The notes under the pieces are model-generated. The model ran no database searches. It saw only the letters and a program-made list of their open reading frames with translations, and was not told the DNA's origin. The position numbers and the translations under genes are program-made. Positions 7,237-16,095 of a stretch of DNA of 38,811 bases are shown here, in pieces. Position 1 is the stretch's first letter, and every line of letters begins with the position of its first letter. Source of the DNA: a virus (taxonomy: Duplodnaviria > Caudoviricetes). The DNA is taken from the IMG/VR virus record IMGVR_UViG_3300008255_000238, positions 1 to 38,811 of that record; one strand, given 5' to 3'.

Positions 7237-8358
7237 TTAGAGAGTGAATATTGCGAACAGTTCAGCCGCTTGATGGCGTCTAGAGTCTGCAACCTTAGCT
7301 CCGTATACGAATAGATCCTTGAATGCTGATCCAAAGTTTCCGATCAGATCTTCTTCAATTGTTGCTTCAAGTAATTTCTCAGCGAATGTGATCCAGTTCT
7401 TATGTCCGCCGATAAGATGATAACCGTCTGTATTGTCTCCGGTTAGTCTATTACTCACCATGATGTTAAATCCTTTGAGTTGAGTTAACATTCCTTTTTT
7501 GACTAATTCTGTATATACCTCTGGTACATGGAGTGTGATTCCTGATGCGCCATTAGTTACAACATCTTCAAATTCAGGCGGTACTATTAAGAATCTTCCT
7601 TGTGCTGGGACTGAGTTATATCCATTCTTCTCAGCTTTATCAAGTACCAATTTCAACTTACCAACTTGAGTTAGAATATTGCTTGTGGTGATCGTGACAG
7701 GTGTGACTGCTTCAACTGTGAAAGTTGCGCCTGCTTCAATTGCTCCGCCTGTGTAGGCTGAGGTCGTGTCATCAAAGTCGTCTTCAATAACCATGTTTTC
7801 AGTATCAGCAACAGATTTGACTCTGTACCAAGTTGAATGTCCGGTTGCTTGGAATCCTCTCCCAACCATTGCGGCGGAGAAAGCTGTTCCCGATCCGACT
7901 ACTGCTCCGGTTCCTGTGGTTATTGTTACAGTTCCAGTCGTGACATCTGTCCCAACTCTGTTTCCTGCGCCAATATCTCCATAGAATCCAAGAACGTATA
8001 GGTCCATGTTTTTATTTCGTTCGTCTGCTTTTTGAGTAACAACTTCAGAATGAGGATCCTTGATGTAGGAAGCCCAATTATCAATTGTAAGCTCTTGCCA
8101 ATAGAATGATTTCTTTTTTTCTATTGTGAGAACGCAATTGTCTTCATAGAGATTATCCGGTGAGCCAAGATTAGCTCCGGTATAATTTTTTTCAGTTATA
8201 CGATTAATATTCAAGATATTCAGGACTGAACCAACCTTGTTGATTTCACCTTCATATTGTCTATTAACTACATAATCCAAAAGAGAGATGTCGTACATCT
8301 CGATTAGTAAGCGGTTTGAAAAGCCCTGTGCTAGTGTGGTTGCTCGTGCTGATCCCAT
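7237..8358 (-). CDS. Major capsid protein (P22 coat-like HK97 fold) with inserted beta-rich domain
   Basis: VNRQYEGEI...G, VPAQGRFLIVPP, GFNIMVSN, FGSAFKDLFVYGAKV; follows portal and scaffold. Confidence 0.85.
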   Translation of the reverse strand: MGSARATTLAQGFSNRLLIEMYDISLLDYVVNRQYEGEINKVGSVLNILNINRITEKNYTGANLGSPDNLYEDNCVLTIEKKKSFYWQELTIDNWASYIKDPHSEVVTQKADERNKNMDLYVLGFYGDIGAGNRVGTDVTTGTVTITTGTGAVVGSGTAFSAAMVGRGFQATGHSTWYRVKSVADTENMVIEDDFDDTTSAYTGGAIEAGATFTVEAVTPVTITTSNILTQVGKLKLVLDKAEKNGYNSVPAQGRFLIVPPEFEDVVTNGASGITLHVPEVYTELVKKGMLTQLKGFNIMVSNRLTGDNTDGYHLIGGHKNWITFAEKLLEATIEEDLIGNFGSAFKDLFVYGAKVADSRRHQAAELFAIFTL

Positions 8359-8400
8359 AGTGGTAAAAGTAATTAAATATTATTAGATACTTAGATTTCT

Positions 8401-8428
8401 TTTACCGTCCCGAAGAGGGGTTAGGAAG
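8401..8428 (-). promoter_or_regulatory. Conserved leader hairpin, divergent copy before major capsid
   Basis: CC-UAAC-CCC-UCUUC-GGG-AC-GG, same architecture as the copies at 9363 and 14312. Confidence 0.55.
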
Positions 8429-8442
8429 TTGTCTATGACTAG

Positions 8443-8471
8443 AGATTATCAAATAGAATTTCGTTTGTCAA
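8443..8471 (-). promoter_or_regulatory. Promoter for major capsid, TTGACA-N17-TAATCT
   Basis: Consensus -35 and TAnnnT -10 in the scaffold-capsid intergenic region. Confidence 0.55.
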
Positions 8472-8499
8472 TAGGTATTTAACCAAACGAGCTTGAAGT

Positions 8500-9354
8500 T
8501 TATTCTTGACGTATATTTCCAGCCTTTAGCTGAACGAGATACGCTTTATAATCTGATTTTCTGAGAGCATCTCCTTCAGCGAGCGAGAGTTTACTATCTT
8601 TTGGTTGTGGAGCTATTGCTGGTCCTCCGGAGCCGGGCTCAAACATTTGACCCTTTGATGGAGCTGGTTTAGCCTTTGCCTGCTCTCCTGAAAAGGCGAG
8701 AACAAGATCGTCAAATTCAACGCCCTGTCTTGTTTCTTTACTAGCGAATAATTTGAAATCATCGATCTTTCCTTCAAGTTCCGGATGAGTAACGAGAGTG
8801 GTTGGATCTTCAATGTAAGTATCGACCTTTTTATTCCAATCGGAAACGTTCTTGAACTTATCTCTTGCTGATTTTAATAATGCTAATTTCTTTCTATTTA
8901 GGACCCTATCCTTTGCGAGATCTCGGGTGAGCTGATCTTTATCGTCCCAATCTGCATACATCTCTTTCATCTCATCATCTGTTGGATCTTGTAATAGATC
9001 AGCCTCTTCTTGAGCTTTTGCCATCTCTTTATCCTTGAATCCAAGAACCTGAGCCTCTCTTGATGAATTTGAGAATTTCTTTTTTGCATCCTCAGCTTCT
9101 TTTTCCAATCGAGCGATCTTCTGTTCAGATGTTTCCTCAACCGGTGGAGTTTCTACTGGGATTTGTGGAGGTTCAACTGGTGGTGTAACCGGAGGAACTA
9201 CTGTTGGTGGAACTACAGGTGTGACAACCGGAGGTTCAACTGGTGGTGTTTCTACTGGAGTTTTTAGTTCAGGTGGAAGAGTCTCTAATATCTTTAGAGA
9301 TCTATCCATTTCTGCCTGCATTTGTGCTTTTGTTGGTTTGGTATGATTTGCCAT
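8500..9354 (-). CDS. Capsid scaffolding protein with Pro/Val/Thr repeat
   Basis: Immediately upstream of capsid; charged coiled coil, KKKFSNSSREAQ, PVETPPVEPP repeats at about 9133-9260. Confidence 0.7.
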   Translation of the reverse strand: MANHTKPTKAQMQAEMDRSLKILETLPPELKTPVETPPVEPPVVTPVVPPTVVPPVTPPVEPPQIPVETPPVEETSEQKIARLEKEAEDAKKKFSNSSREAQVLGFKDKEMAKAQEEADLLQDPTDDEMKEMYADWDDKDQLTRDLAKDRVLNRKKLALLKSARDKFKNVSDWNKKVDTYIEDPTTLVTHPELEGKIDDFKLFASKETRQGVEFDDLVLAFSGEQAKAKPAPSKGQMFEPGSGGPAIAPQPKDSKLSLAEGDALRKSDYKAYLVQLKAGNIRQE

Positions 9355-9362
9355 AATTAAAA

Positions 9363-9391
9363 TTTGCCGTCCTATATTTTAGGGTTTGGCT
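9363..9391 (-). promoter_or_regulatory. Conserved leader hairpin before scaffold
   Basis: 28/29 identical to 14312-14340; GCC-AAAC-CCUA-AAAUA-UAGG-AC-GGC. Confidence 0.7.
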
Positions 9392-9394
9392 CAA

Positions 9395-9802
9395 TTATTT
9401 CAAAGACTCTTGTGCTTCTTTGATTGCTTCAACGACTGAAGCAATATTTTTCAGTTTGTGTGGTTCTTCGATTCCTAGTTCTAACGCTTTTTTATCTAAC
9501 TCAATTCGAGTAAGATCTTCAAGTTGTGGTTCAACAGGCTCAGCGCCTTTCTCCGGAATGTAGTAATTCGCCTTGATTATCTTGGCATACTCTTCTCGTT
9601 GACCCTTAGTAAGATATGATGCTCTAGCTTTGAGGAATTTTTTATCCTCAAGTAGTAATTGACCCTCTTCTTTGCGCATTATTTTATGAAGTCTGATTCT
9701 AATGGCTCGATTAGCGTCCCTTTCGCGTTGACCAATTTTCAATTTCATTTTATCCTGTTCCTCTTCGAGATCAAATTCCTCGTCAAATTGATTATTATTC
9801 AT
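9395..9802 (-). CDS. Hypothetical protein with C-terminal HeH/Rho-N-like helix pair
   Basis: LEDLTRIELDKKALELGIE...VVEAIKEA; leaderless promoter TTGACA-N18-TACACT upstream (9811-9840). Confidence 0.6.
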   Translation of the reverse strand: MNNNQFDEEFDLEEEQDKMKLKIGQRERDANRAIRIRLHKIMRKEEGQLLLEDKKFLKARASYLTKGQREEYAKIIKANYYIPEKGAEPVEPQLEDLTRIELDKKALELGIEEPHKLKNIASVVEAIKEAQESLK

Positions 9803-9836
9803 ATGTGTATAGTGTAAGTATAATTTCTATGTATTG

Positions 9837-10001
9837 TCAAGTCTTATTATTTCGAGCTGTCTCAGCCGCCTTTTCAGCGTTCTCTCTATAATTTATAGAC
9901 CTTCTAGCTTTCGATCTTGAATCAGATCGAGCCGTTGTCTTACCGGTTATTTTATTAACAATAAGATATTTATCTCCTGATTGTCTAATGATGTATGGCA
10001 T
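9837..10001 (-). CDS. Small basic phage protein, 54 aa (not in ORF track)
   Basis: MPYIIRQSGDKYLIVNKITGKTTARSDSRSKARRSINY...; starts 1 nt after the upstream stop. Confidence 0.65.
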   Translation of the reverse strand: MPYIIRQSGDKYLIVNKITGKTTARSDSRSKARRSINYRENAEKAAETARNNKT

Positions 10002-10002
10002 A

Positions 10003-10398
10003 TTATTTTCGATTACTTACAATTCCAGCAATTGCGCGATCAAGAGATTCCTTTGCTTTCTTTGGTCCAATGAGAAATGATTCAATAAGCATATAATTTC
10101 GAAGTCTTGCTTCAAGAAATAACCTGTGCTCGTCCTGATACCATTTTTTTATCAAACCATAGAATGGAATAAATAGAGCCATAATTGACATCCAACTTCG
10201 CGGTGTTTCGCTTCGTAGACTTTCGAGCTCTGTTTGAACTGATGTTTTCAAGCTATGAATGAAGCGCCTGATTGAGTCAACGTCTAATTGATTACTATCA
10301 AGGACCTGAGTCCATTGCAAGAGAGTTTCACGTTCCGCAGAGTTAAGATCTTCAAATTCAATTCCAACCTTAGTTAGTATTTCGTCAACTATTCCCAT
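10003..10398 (-). CDS. Hypothetical head-module protein
   Basis: 131-aa ORF directly after portal. Confidence 0.7.
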   Translation of the reverse strand: MGIVDEILTKVGIEFEDLNSAERETLLQWTQVLDSNQLDVDSIRRFIHSLKTSVQTELESLRSETPRSWMSIMALFIPFYGLIKKWYQDEHRLFLEARLRNYMLIESFLIGPKKAKESLDRAIAGIVSNRK

Positions 10399-10417
10399 AT
10401 GTGTATATTATACCTGT

Positions 10418-12301
10418 TTATTGTTGCCCTGCAACCTGTACCGGAGGTAATCCTCCCGGAGCCGGCGTTGCACCTGCTGGCATGTTCTCAGGTGGTGTTG
10501 GTTGTCCTGCTGGAAGTTGAGGTTGTGAAGGATTCTGTGGGGCTCCTTCCGGTCCAAGACCCATCTGAGCCTGCATCTGTGCTTGTTCGATCATCATCTG
10601 TCGTTGCTCTTCCTCCATCTGCATAATTTCATTGATTTCGTCCGGTGTATAATCCGCCCATTCAAGAAGCTTTCTTTGATAGATCTCATTTACCTTTTGA
10701 TTGTTTGGCATTGCGACCTTCACGGCATTCTGCTTCTGAAGAGTGTTCACATCTGCCATATCCTTCTCATCTTGGCTCCAAATTTTTACTCTATATCCGA
10801 GAGCTGTTCTCCAATCCTTTGAAGTAATTTCGCGTGAATATATCTTATCGGTATTGCGTCCTTTCTTGTAGATCATAACTGCATCGAGTTTATCAGGAGC
10901 CGCTTCAACCAATTTTTCAAACATCAATCCTCGTTCCTTCCATACCGGAGTATAGAATTTACTCATTCCCTTGACGCGTTCCTTTGCTTCTGTGAGCGTT
11001 GCTTTGAACTCTCCAAGGGTGATCTGCTTCTCGCTTGGAACTCCTTGCTGTCCGGCTGATGCTCCGGTTGCTTTCTCCATAACCTGAATCAAGAAATTCA
11101 TTTCATCAAGAGACTCTGATAGATCAGGTACATCGACCTTTTGCATTACTGTATCAATACTCCCATTTGTTGGTACTGGTATTCCATACCATCCCCACGG
11201 AACCGGCTGTAATGTTTGAGGATTGAATCCTTCAATATTACTGTTGTAATAATGCATTCCGAAGTTTCGAAGAGTTCGATTCTCAACAAGTTGTGAAAAC
11301 CATGAATTGAGGATCTTGTTTGGTGTTCTTATGATATCTCCAACAGCATCGGACCAAAAGTCTTGACGCTCAAGATCATCAGCCCATGAACAATATGGAA
11401 AATGATTTCTCCAAAAGTTATCCTTGGTAACTCCAATAACTTTTTCAAGAGGCTTTTTCATTAATGTCCTATTATTCTCAGCTAATACATAAAGGTATAT
11501 CTGTGTTGGAATCTCTTTTTTATTTATCTTGCCGGTCTTTTTATCAACCTCATCTTCAAATTCATTGTCTCGATATACAAAATGCATTGCTAGTTCAACA
11601 TACGTTTCTCCTAGTACCGGATCAGAAACATCCGGAACGCCCATATCTTGCATCTTTTGATTCTTTTCAATTGACTGCTTCTCATTCCGCTCTGCTTTTA
11701 CAATACCGAGCTTTGAGGAGAAGAACTCTTCTAATTCTGCAACCTCAGTCTGATCGTAATCCTTATTTTTCTTGAGTGATGAAAGCGGAACGAATATATT
11801 TACATGAATCAAATACCTTGAGGAGTGAAGATCAAACGGATTGACATATCGGCTGACGAGTATATCCTCCGGATCCTGAACGGTCATAACTACACGACCA
11901 TCGATTATCTGCCATTGATCGAATGATCTGCCAAATAAGAGGACCTGACGCTTATCAACGATATCCTGAAGCTCCATCCTGTTCACTTCAACAGTCCATT
12001 TCCAATATTCATTCTTGAATAGTTCTGCTTGTTTATCATTATCAAGGTTCTCGAAGTAAATAACAGGCATATCGTCAATATCTTTGATGAGAGTCTTGAT
12101 TTGACCCTTCATAATAGGAAGATTGACAGATTGACGCTGAGTGAGTCTGTTGACGATTACTTTATCCCGATACAGTTCATATGTTTCGGTCCAATCAATA
12201 GATCGGCGATATTTATAGTTATATCCTTCGTTACGATTATTTTGAAGCATCGTAACTTCAGGATCAATAGTATCAATTTGTTGTACAGAAGATTCTGACA
12301 T
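10418..12301 (-). CDS. Portal protein (P22-like)
   Basis: 627 aa directly after TerL; EKATGASAGQQG...TLGE motif, Q/M/P-rich tail. Confidence 0.85.
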   Translation of the reverse strand: MSESSVQQIDTIDPEVTMLQNNRNEGYNYKYRRSIDWTETYELYRDKVIVNRLTQRQSVNLPIMKGQIKTLIKDIDDMPVIYFENLDNDKQAELFKNEYWKWTVEVNRMELQDIVDKRQVLLFGRSFDQWQIIDGRVVMTVQDPEDILVSRYVNPFDLHSSRYLIHVNIFVPLSSLKKNKDYDQTEVAELEEFFSSKLGIVKAERNEKQSIEKNQKMQDMGVPDVSDPVLGETYVELAMHFVYRDNEFEDEVDKKTGKINKKEIPTQIYLYVLAENNRTLMKKPLEKVIGVTKDNFWRNHFPYCSWADDLERQDFWSDAVGDIIRTPNKILNSWFSQLVENRTLRNFGMHYYNSNIEGFNPQTLQPVPWGWYGIPVPTNGSIDTVMQKVDVPDLSESLDEMNFLIQVMEKATGASAGQQGVPSEKQITLGEFKATLTEAKERVKGMSKFYTPVWKERGLMFEKLVEAAPDKLDAVMIYKKGRNTDKIYSREITSKDWRTALGYRVKIWSQDEKDMADVNTLQKQNAVKVAMPNNQKVNEIYQRKLLEWADYTPDEINEIMQMEEEQRQMMIEQAQMQAQMGLGPEGAPQNPSQPQLPAGQPTPPENMPAGATPAPGGLPPVQVAGQQ

Positions 12302-12344
12302 ATAGTCAAATCATAAAGAAAGAAACTATGTTAAGGCAATAGCG
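12302..12344 (-). promoter_or_regulatory. Repeated late-type promoter, copy 2 (TTGCCT-N18-TATGAT)
   Basis: 43 bp identical to 33645-33687; fills the TerL-portal gap. Confidence 0.8.
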
Positions 12345-12345
12345 T

Positions 12346-13716
12346 TTATCCAAGACCCTCAATATAAGGAAGTACACCTCCGGAAGACTGTTGCTGTCTT
12401 GCTACGCGTGGAGGAACAAAGCCGGTTGCAAAGGTTCGAAAAGCATCTGCTCCATGAGAAGCCCAATCGTGTTTTGGAGTCTTTCGAAATACTCCATTGA
12501 TTTTATCCCAATCCTTTCGATAGTTTTTCAAACAGTTTATTCCACGGAAACATTTATCCTCATCAAACGCACACATCCGGAGAACTGATCGTCCGGCATT
12601 AATCCCATCCTCAATTCCCAGCTTCGGTCCAACCTCAAACTTTATTCCAAGCTTTCCTGATACCTCGAGCCTACTCTTACCGGTTCCCAATTCACGAACT
12701 GCTATATCATGCGGGGCGAAATGCTTTCCATAGAGATACCCCCTATCTTGCAATACTTTCGCATAATGAGTGAATCCTTCTCCTGACGATTCATAGTAAT
12801 CAATGAACCGGTATTGCATTCCGTATTGTTGCATAAACCAAATACTCATCGAGTCATCCATTCCAAGATCCCAAAAGGTATGGACCGGCAGTCCTTCATT
12901 CCAAGGAATCTTTGTTATCCTTCCTTGTTGAGTTGCGAGCCTGATGGCTTCTCCATAATACGAACCAACAACCGGAGAATCAAAAGAACACATATATTCC
13001 TGTTGGAAATATGCTCGAGCCTCAGCTTCAGATCTTCCATTTGCTGAGAATCTCTTGATGATATCGTGCTGAATCTCATCCAACTGTTGGAGAGTCCATA
13101 TTCCGGTCTGCTCTGCTGTTAACTTTTCGGTATACCATAAAGGACTATTAGTAGCATATTCAAACAATCCTCGAGCATGATTGTCACCCTTTGGAGTTGT
13201 GTTGAATATCGCGATACCATCGTTTTCTTTTAGAATAGGTTCTACAACATCCCATGCATATGGATCTTGATCCGCCCATTCTGAAAATACAACCATCTTT
13301 GGATTACCTCCGCGAAGTGAGTCTGGACGATCAGAGCCTCCTATTTGAAACAATGACTCGCCGCCATCCTTTGTTCTAACCTTCATCTTCATCGTTGTCT
13401 CATTTGGCTGTCCGATCCTGAGTCCTTCCGGAATATGATCTCGGTACTTGAATCCATCTCCACCAATACCATCCCATAGGTTCTCGCGTCCCATGACAAG
13501 AGTTGGATAAATAAACTTCACGAGGCAAGGATCCTGAATAAGCCTTCTTGGTACACAATCGGCAATGTCGGTCTTATCCTTTCCGGCGCGTCTATGCCAA
13601 ACATGAAAAAAGAATCTAACCTTGCTCTTGCCCTTTATAGCATCATTGACCGCTCGAATAAACGGTCTTTGATATTCACGCGAATCAAAATGATATGGTA
13701 TTTTTTGCTCATCCAT
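12346..13716 (-). CDS. terL: Terminase large subunit
   Basis: YQ motif, WHRRAGKD Walker A, SLRG, VVFSEW Walker B, NTTPKG, FWDLGMDD nuclease, HDWASHGADAFR; likely start 13716. Confidence 0.95.
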   Translation of the reverse strand: MDEQKIPYHFDSREYQRPFIRAVNDAIKGKSKVRFFFHVWHRRAGKDKTDIADCVPRRLIQDPCLVKFIYPTLVMGRENLWDGIGGDGFKYRDHIPEGLRIGQPNETTMKMKVRTKDGGESLFQIGGSDRPDSLRGGNPKMVVFSEWADQDPYAWDVVEPILKENDGIAIFNTTPKGDNHARGLFEYATNSPLWYTEKLTAEQTGIWTLQQLDEIQHDIIKRFSANGRSEAEARAYFQQEYMCSFDSPVVGSYYGEAIRLATQQGRITKIPWNEGLPVHTFWDLGMDDSMSIWFMQQYGMQYRFIDYYESSGEGFTHYAKVLQDRGYLYGKHFAPHDIAVRELGTGKSRLEVSGKLGIKFEVGPKLGIEDGINAGRSVLRMCAFDEDKCFRGINCLKNYRKDWDKINGVFRKTPKHDWASHGADAFRTFATGFVPPRVARQQQSSGGVLPYIEGLG

Positions 13717-13718
13717 AA

Positions 13719-14306
13719 TTATTTTGGAGATTCTTCTTTCCAAATCAAACTGCCGGTGTGCTCCGTTTCTTGTTTATCCTTCCATCCATAATTATTTTTT
13801 AGATTGAATATTGCACCTGCGGGGTTCTTGCCAATGAACAACGATTCCTCAGCATATTGCTGACACATTTGTTTTGCTCTTTTTATAGTGCCGACAAACT
13901 TCTTCTTTTTTGAGTAGTTTAGAAGAGTATCTCGGTCAATACCGAGGGTAACTGCAATTCCTGATAAAGTATATGGCTTGAATTGCACCATTACCTTTTT
14001 ATTAGTCTTTTTGCCCTTTTTATCCTTAATATAGATCAAATTGCCATACAAATCGACTTTTTGCGTCCAACAAGACTTGAAATACTTTTTAATCATCCTT
14101 TCCAGCTCTTCAACGGAATCATACTTCGGAGGTCTTCCACCAAGAGGATTGTATGTACGTCTCTTTTTTTTTGGAGGGCTTATACGCGATTTTATGGGCT
14201 TGTTTTTAGCCTTGTTTCGCGCTTTTTGTAATTTTTTTGGTTTTTTTGCCGATTTGATTATTTTCTTTTTTTTCTCAACCGGTTTCTTTGCAACTGGCTT
14301 TTTCAT
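13719..14306 (-). CDS. terS: Terminase small subunit with Lys-rich N-terminal extension
   Basis: GRPPKY, YTLSGIAVTLGIDRDTLLNY HTH, GAIFNLKNNYGWKDKQE; adjacent to TerL. Confidence 0.9.
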   Translation of the reverse strand: MKKPVAKKPVEKKKKIIKSAKKPKKLQKARNKAKNKPIKSRISPPKKKRRTYNPLGGRPPKYDSVEELERMIKKYFKSCWTQKVDLYGNLIYIKDKKGKKTNKKVMVQFKPYTLSGIAVTLGIDRDTLLNYSKKKKFVGTIKRAKQMCQQYAEESLFIGKNPAGAIFNLKNNYGWKDKQETEHTGSLIWKEESPK

Positions 14307-14311
14307 AATGT

Positions 14312-14340
14312 TTTGCCGTCCTATATTCTAGGGTTTGGCT
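14312..14340 (-). promoter_or_regulatory. Conserved leader hairpin before terS
   Basis: GCC-AAAC-CCUA-GAAUA-UAGG-AC-GGC, 8 nt before ATG; TATACT -10-like box at 14347-14352. Confidence 0.7.
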
Positions 14341-14352
14341 AATATGAGTATA

Positions 14353-14745
14353 TCAATTTTTTATGAGCGCCACGGCATCAAAAAATTTGACGATGTTTCC
14401 ATAGAGAGGGCTTGAGAAATCATGGGCGAGTCTTACAAGAAATCTAGTTCGCGCATTTCTATCTTTTACCTTTCCACAATAAAATTTGTATTGACTTCGA
14501 TATGCTTGAAGTTCCTGAACATAGCGATATTCAGGATCGAATATATATCTATCCCACCATAACTCAGGATCATCGCCTTGCTGTATCTTGTGAACAGTCT
14601 CATGCTCAATAAGGTCCGGAGGTATTCTGAAAGTAACTAGAGGAGCGTATAGAGTATCACCATATGTAAAAACGGTATTTACATCAATGGGAAATGCATC
14701 TCTTATTTTCTTAATGTTTGGAGGATATTCTTTTGATATATTCAT
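14353..14745 (-). CDS. HExxH zincin-like metallopeptidase-fold protein
   Basis: FTYGDTLY, LIEHETVHKIQQ, ELQAY. Confidence 0.65.
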   Translation of the reverse strand: MNISKEYPPNIKKIRDAFPIDVNTVFTYGDTLYAPLVTFRIPPDLIEHETVHKIQQGDDPELWWDRYIFDPEYRYVQELQAYRSQYKFYCGKVKDRNARTRFLVRLAHDFSSPLYGNIVKFFDAVALIKN

Positions 14746-15005
14746 ATAGTTCTCAACTGTACATAAGTGCTTTTGTTCGTTCCTGTATAGCCTCGGCGAA
14801 TATATCCTTTACGCAAAAGAGCATTGACAGCTCCTTCAACAGTAATAGGCGGGTGCCTACCTTCTGACTTCTTTCCAGCAAAAGCTTTCATTATCTCTTT
14901 TCTCGGAACCGGAACCTTTTCTGTTCTAACCCAATTATCAATAAAAACCATAATTTCCTTTTGGATTATATTTATCTCCTCGAATGGAGAGTATTTTGTT
15001 TTCAT
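14742..15005 (-). CDS. Winged-helix DNA-binding protein (LexA N-domain-like, no peptidase domain)
   Basis: QKEIMVFI...PVPRKEI...TVEGAVNALLRKGYIRR. Confidence 0.7.
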   Translation of the reverse strand: MKTKYSPFEEINIIQKEIMVFIDNWVRTEKVPVPRKEIMKAFAGKKSEGRHPPITVEGAVNALLRKGYIRRGYTGTNKSTYVQLRTI

Positions 15006-15034
15006 AATGGTTATTTTGCTTTTCCGACTTGCAC

Positions 15035-15068
15035 AACCTCACCGGACGAATAAACGTCCGGCAAGGTC
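15035..15068 (-). other. Intergenic 14-bp RNA hairpin
   Basis: GACCUUGCCGGACG-UUUAUU-CGUCCGGUGAGGUU with G-U pairs that form only on the minus strand. Confidence 0.6.
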
Positions 15069-15077
15069 TAACTATTT

Positions 15078-15389
15078 TCAATTTACTGTTGCTTCTTTTG
15101 GTTTCTTTTCTTCTTCTTTCTTTGATTCCGGGGCTTTTGGTACATCGCGAACAATGAGTTCGTCCGAATTTGGATCGAAGTCAACATTTCGGATATATCC
15201 TTCCGGAGCATCAGAATCTTTTATTCCCATACGAACTCGGGCTTCCATGAGCGCGAGGGTCATACTGTGATTCATACCCTTTCGAAGTAATGATAATATT
15301 CCCATTACTGACTGAATGTTCTGGACCCCTTCTCGCTCCTGCTTTGATAACGAGAATCTCTTTGTTTTTATCGTTTTTTCTTCTGCCAT
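15078..15389 (-). CDS. Hypothetical protein
   Basis: 103-aa ORF with AGGAGG upstream. Confidence 0.7.
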   Translation of the reverse strand: MAEEKTIKTKRFSLSKQEREGVQNIQSVMGILSLLRKGMNHSMTLALMEARVRMGIKDSDAPEGYIRNVDFDPNSDELIVRDVPKAPESKKEEEKKPKEATVN

Positions 15390-15392
15390 ATA

Positions 15393-15599
15393 TTATTCAC
15401 CTCCTTTGAGTGTTTTCAATTCTTGTAAACAATTCCTCAATATATACCTATTATACACATCTATTTGAGATTCGGAAATAGGCGCTTTCTCTTTTGGTAT
15501 TTTTCCGGTGACTTTTACAACGATATAAAATCCACTCACAACAAAGAGCATCGTAATGTAAACAATAATTATAAATCTAAATATTCTGAACCATTTCAT
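15393..15599 (-). CDS. Small membrane protein
   Basis: MKWFRIFRF then hydrophobic IIIVYITMLFVVSGFYIVV; GGAGG upstream of ATG 15599. Confidence 0.55.
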   Translation of the reverse strand: MKWFRIFRFIIIVYITMLFVVSGFYIVVKVTGKIPKEKAPISESQIDVYNRYILRNCLQELKTLKGGE

Positions 15600-15942
15600 A
15601 CAATTCCACCTCCACCCTAGGATTTTTCTTATCCTTGAAAATTTTAATATACATAATTTCTCGTATCTGCCGATCGTTTGCATAAATACGTTGAGTCTCT
15701 AGCAAATCAAACAATAGCTTTTGACCCGCATCAATGTCTCGATCAAATTCATAATACCAAGTGATACCCATCTTAACCGGTCCTGTAATAGTGTCAAATC
15801 CGGGAAATTGCTCCTTTATTGACCAACCCGCCTCTTCCTCCCAATCTTTAGCCTTCTTGCGCTTATACAGAGGAAATTCAGCATCTCTGTTAATTCCATA
15901 GGTCCTATTAATACCCGGCGGCAATGGAAGTGTAATGTTCAT
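15577..15942 (-). CDS. rusA: RusA-family Holliday junction resolvase
   Basis: LPLPPGINRTY, RDIDAGQKLLFDLL, IYANDRQI, NPRVEV; ATGA-coupled start 15942. Confidence 0.8.
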   Translation of the reverse strand: MNITLPLPPGINRTYGINRDAEFPLYKRKKAKDWEEEAGWSIKEQFPGFDTITGPVKMGITWYYEFDRDIDAGQKLLFDLLETQRIYANDRQIREIMYIKIFKDKKNPRVEVELYEMVQNI

Positions 15943-16079
15943 GAATACTTGAATGCAATTGCTAAAAATAGAGCTCCTATAAATAAGAACCAATACTGCC
16001 AAGTATAAAATTGAAATCCAACGACACTTAACATTATTCCAAATAATGCTCCGGCTATATAAACCATCCTGTGATTCAT
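15939..16079 (-). CDS. 46-aa two-TM membrane peptide (not in ORF track)
   Basis: MNHRMVYIAGALFGIMLSVVGFQFYTWQYWFLFIGALFLAIAFKYS; stop overlaps the rusA ATG. Confidence 0.6.
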   Translation of the reverse strand: MNHRMVYIAGALFGIMLSVVGFQFYTWQYWFLFIGALFLAIAFKYS

Positions 16080-16095
16080 ACCCTGAGCGCGAGGG

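Noticed and set aside
9363-9391. Resemblance of the leader hairpin to one arm of the c-di-GMP-I riboswitch (GCAAACC...GGACGC)
   Set aside because: No GNRA loop, no second hairpin or receptor, and no room for a full aptamer before the ATG.
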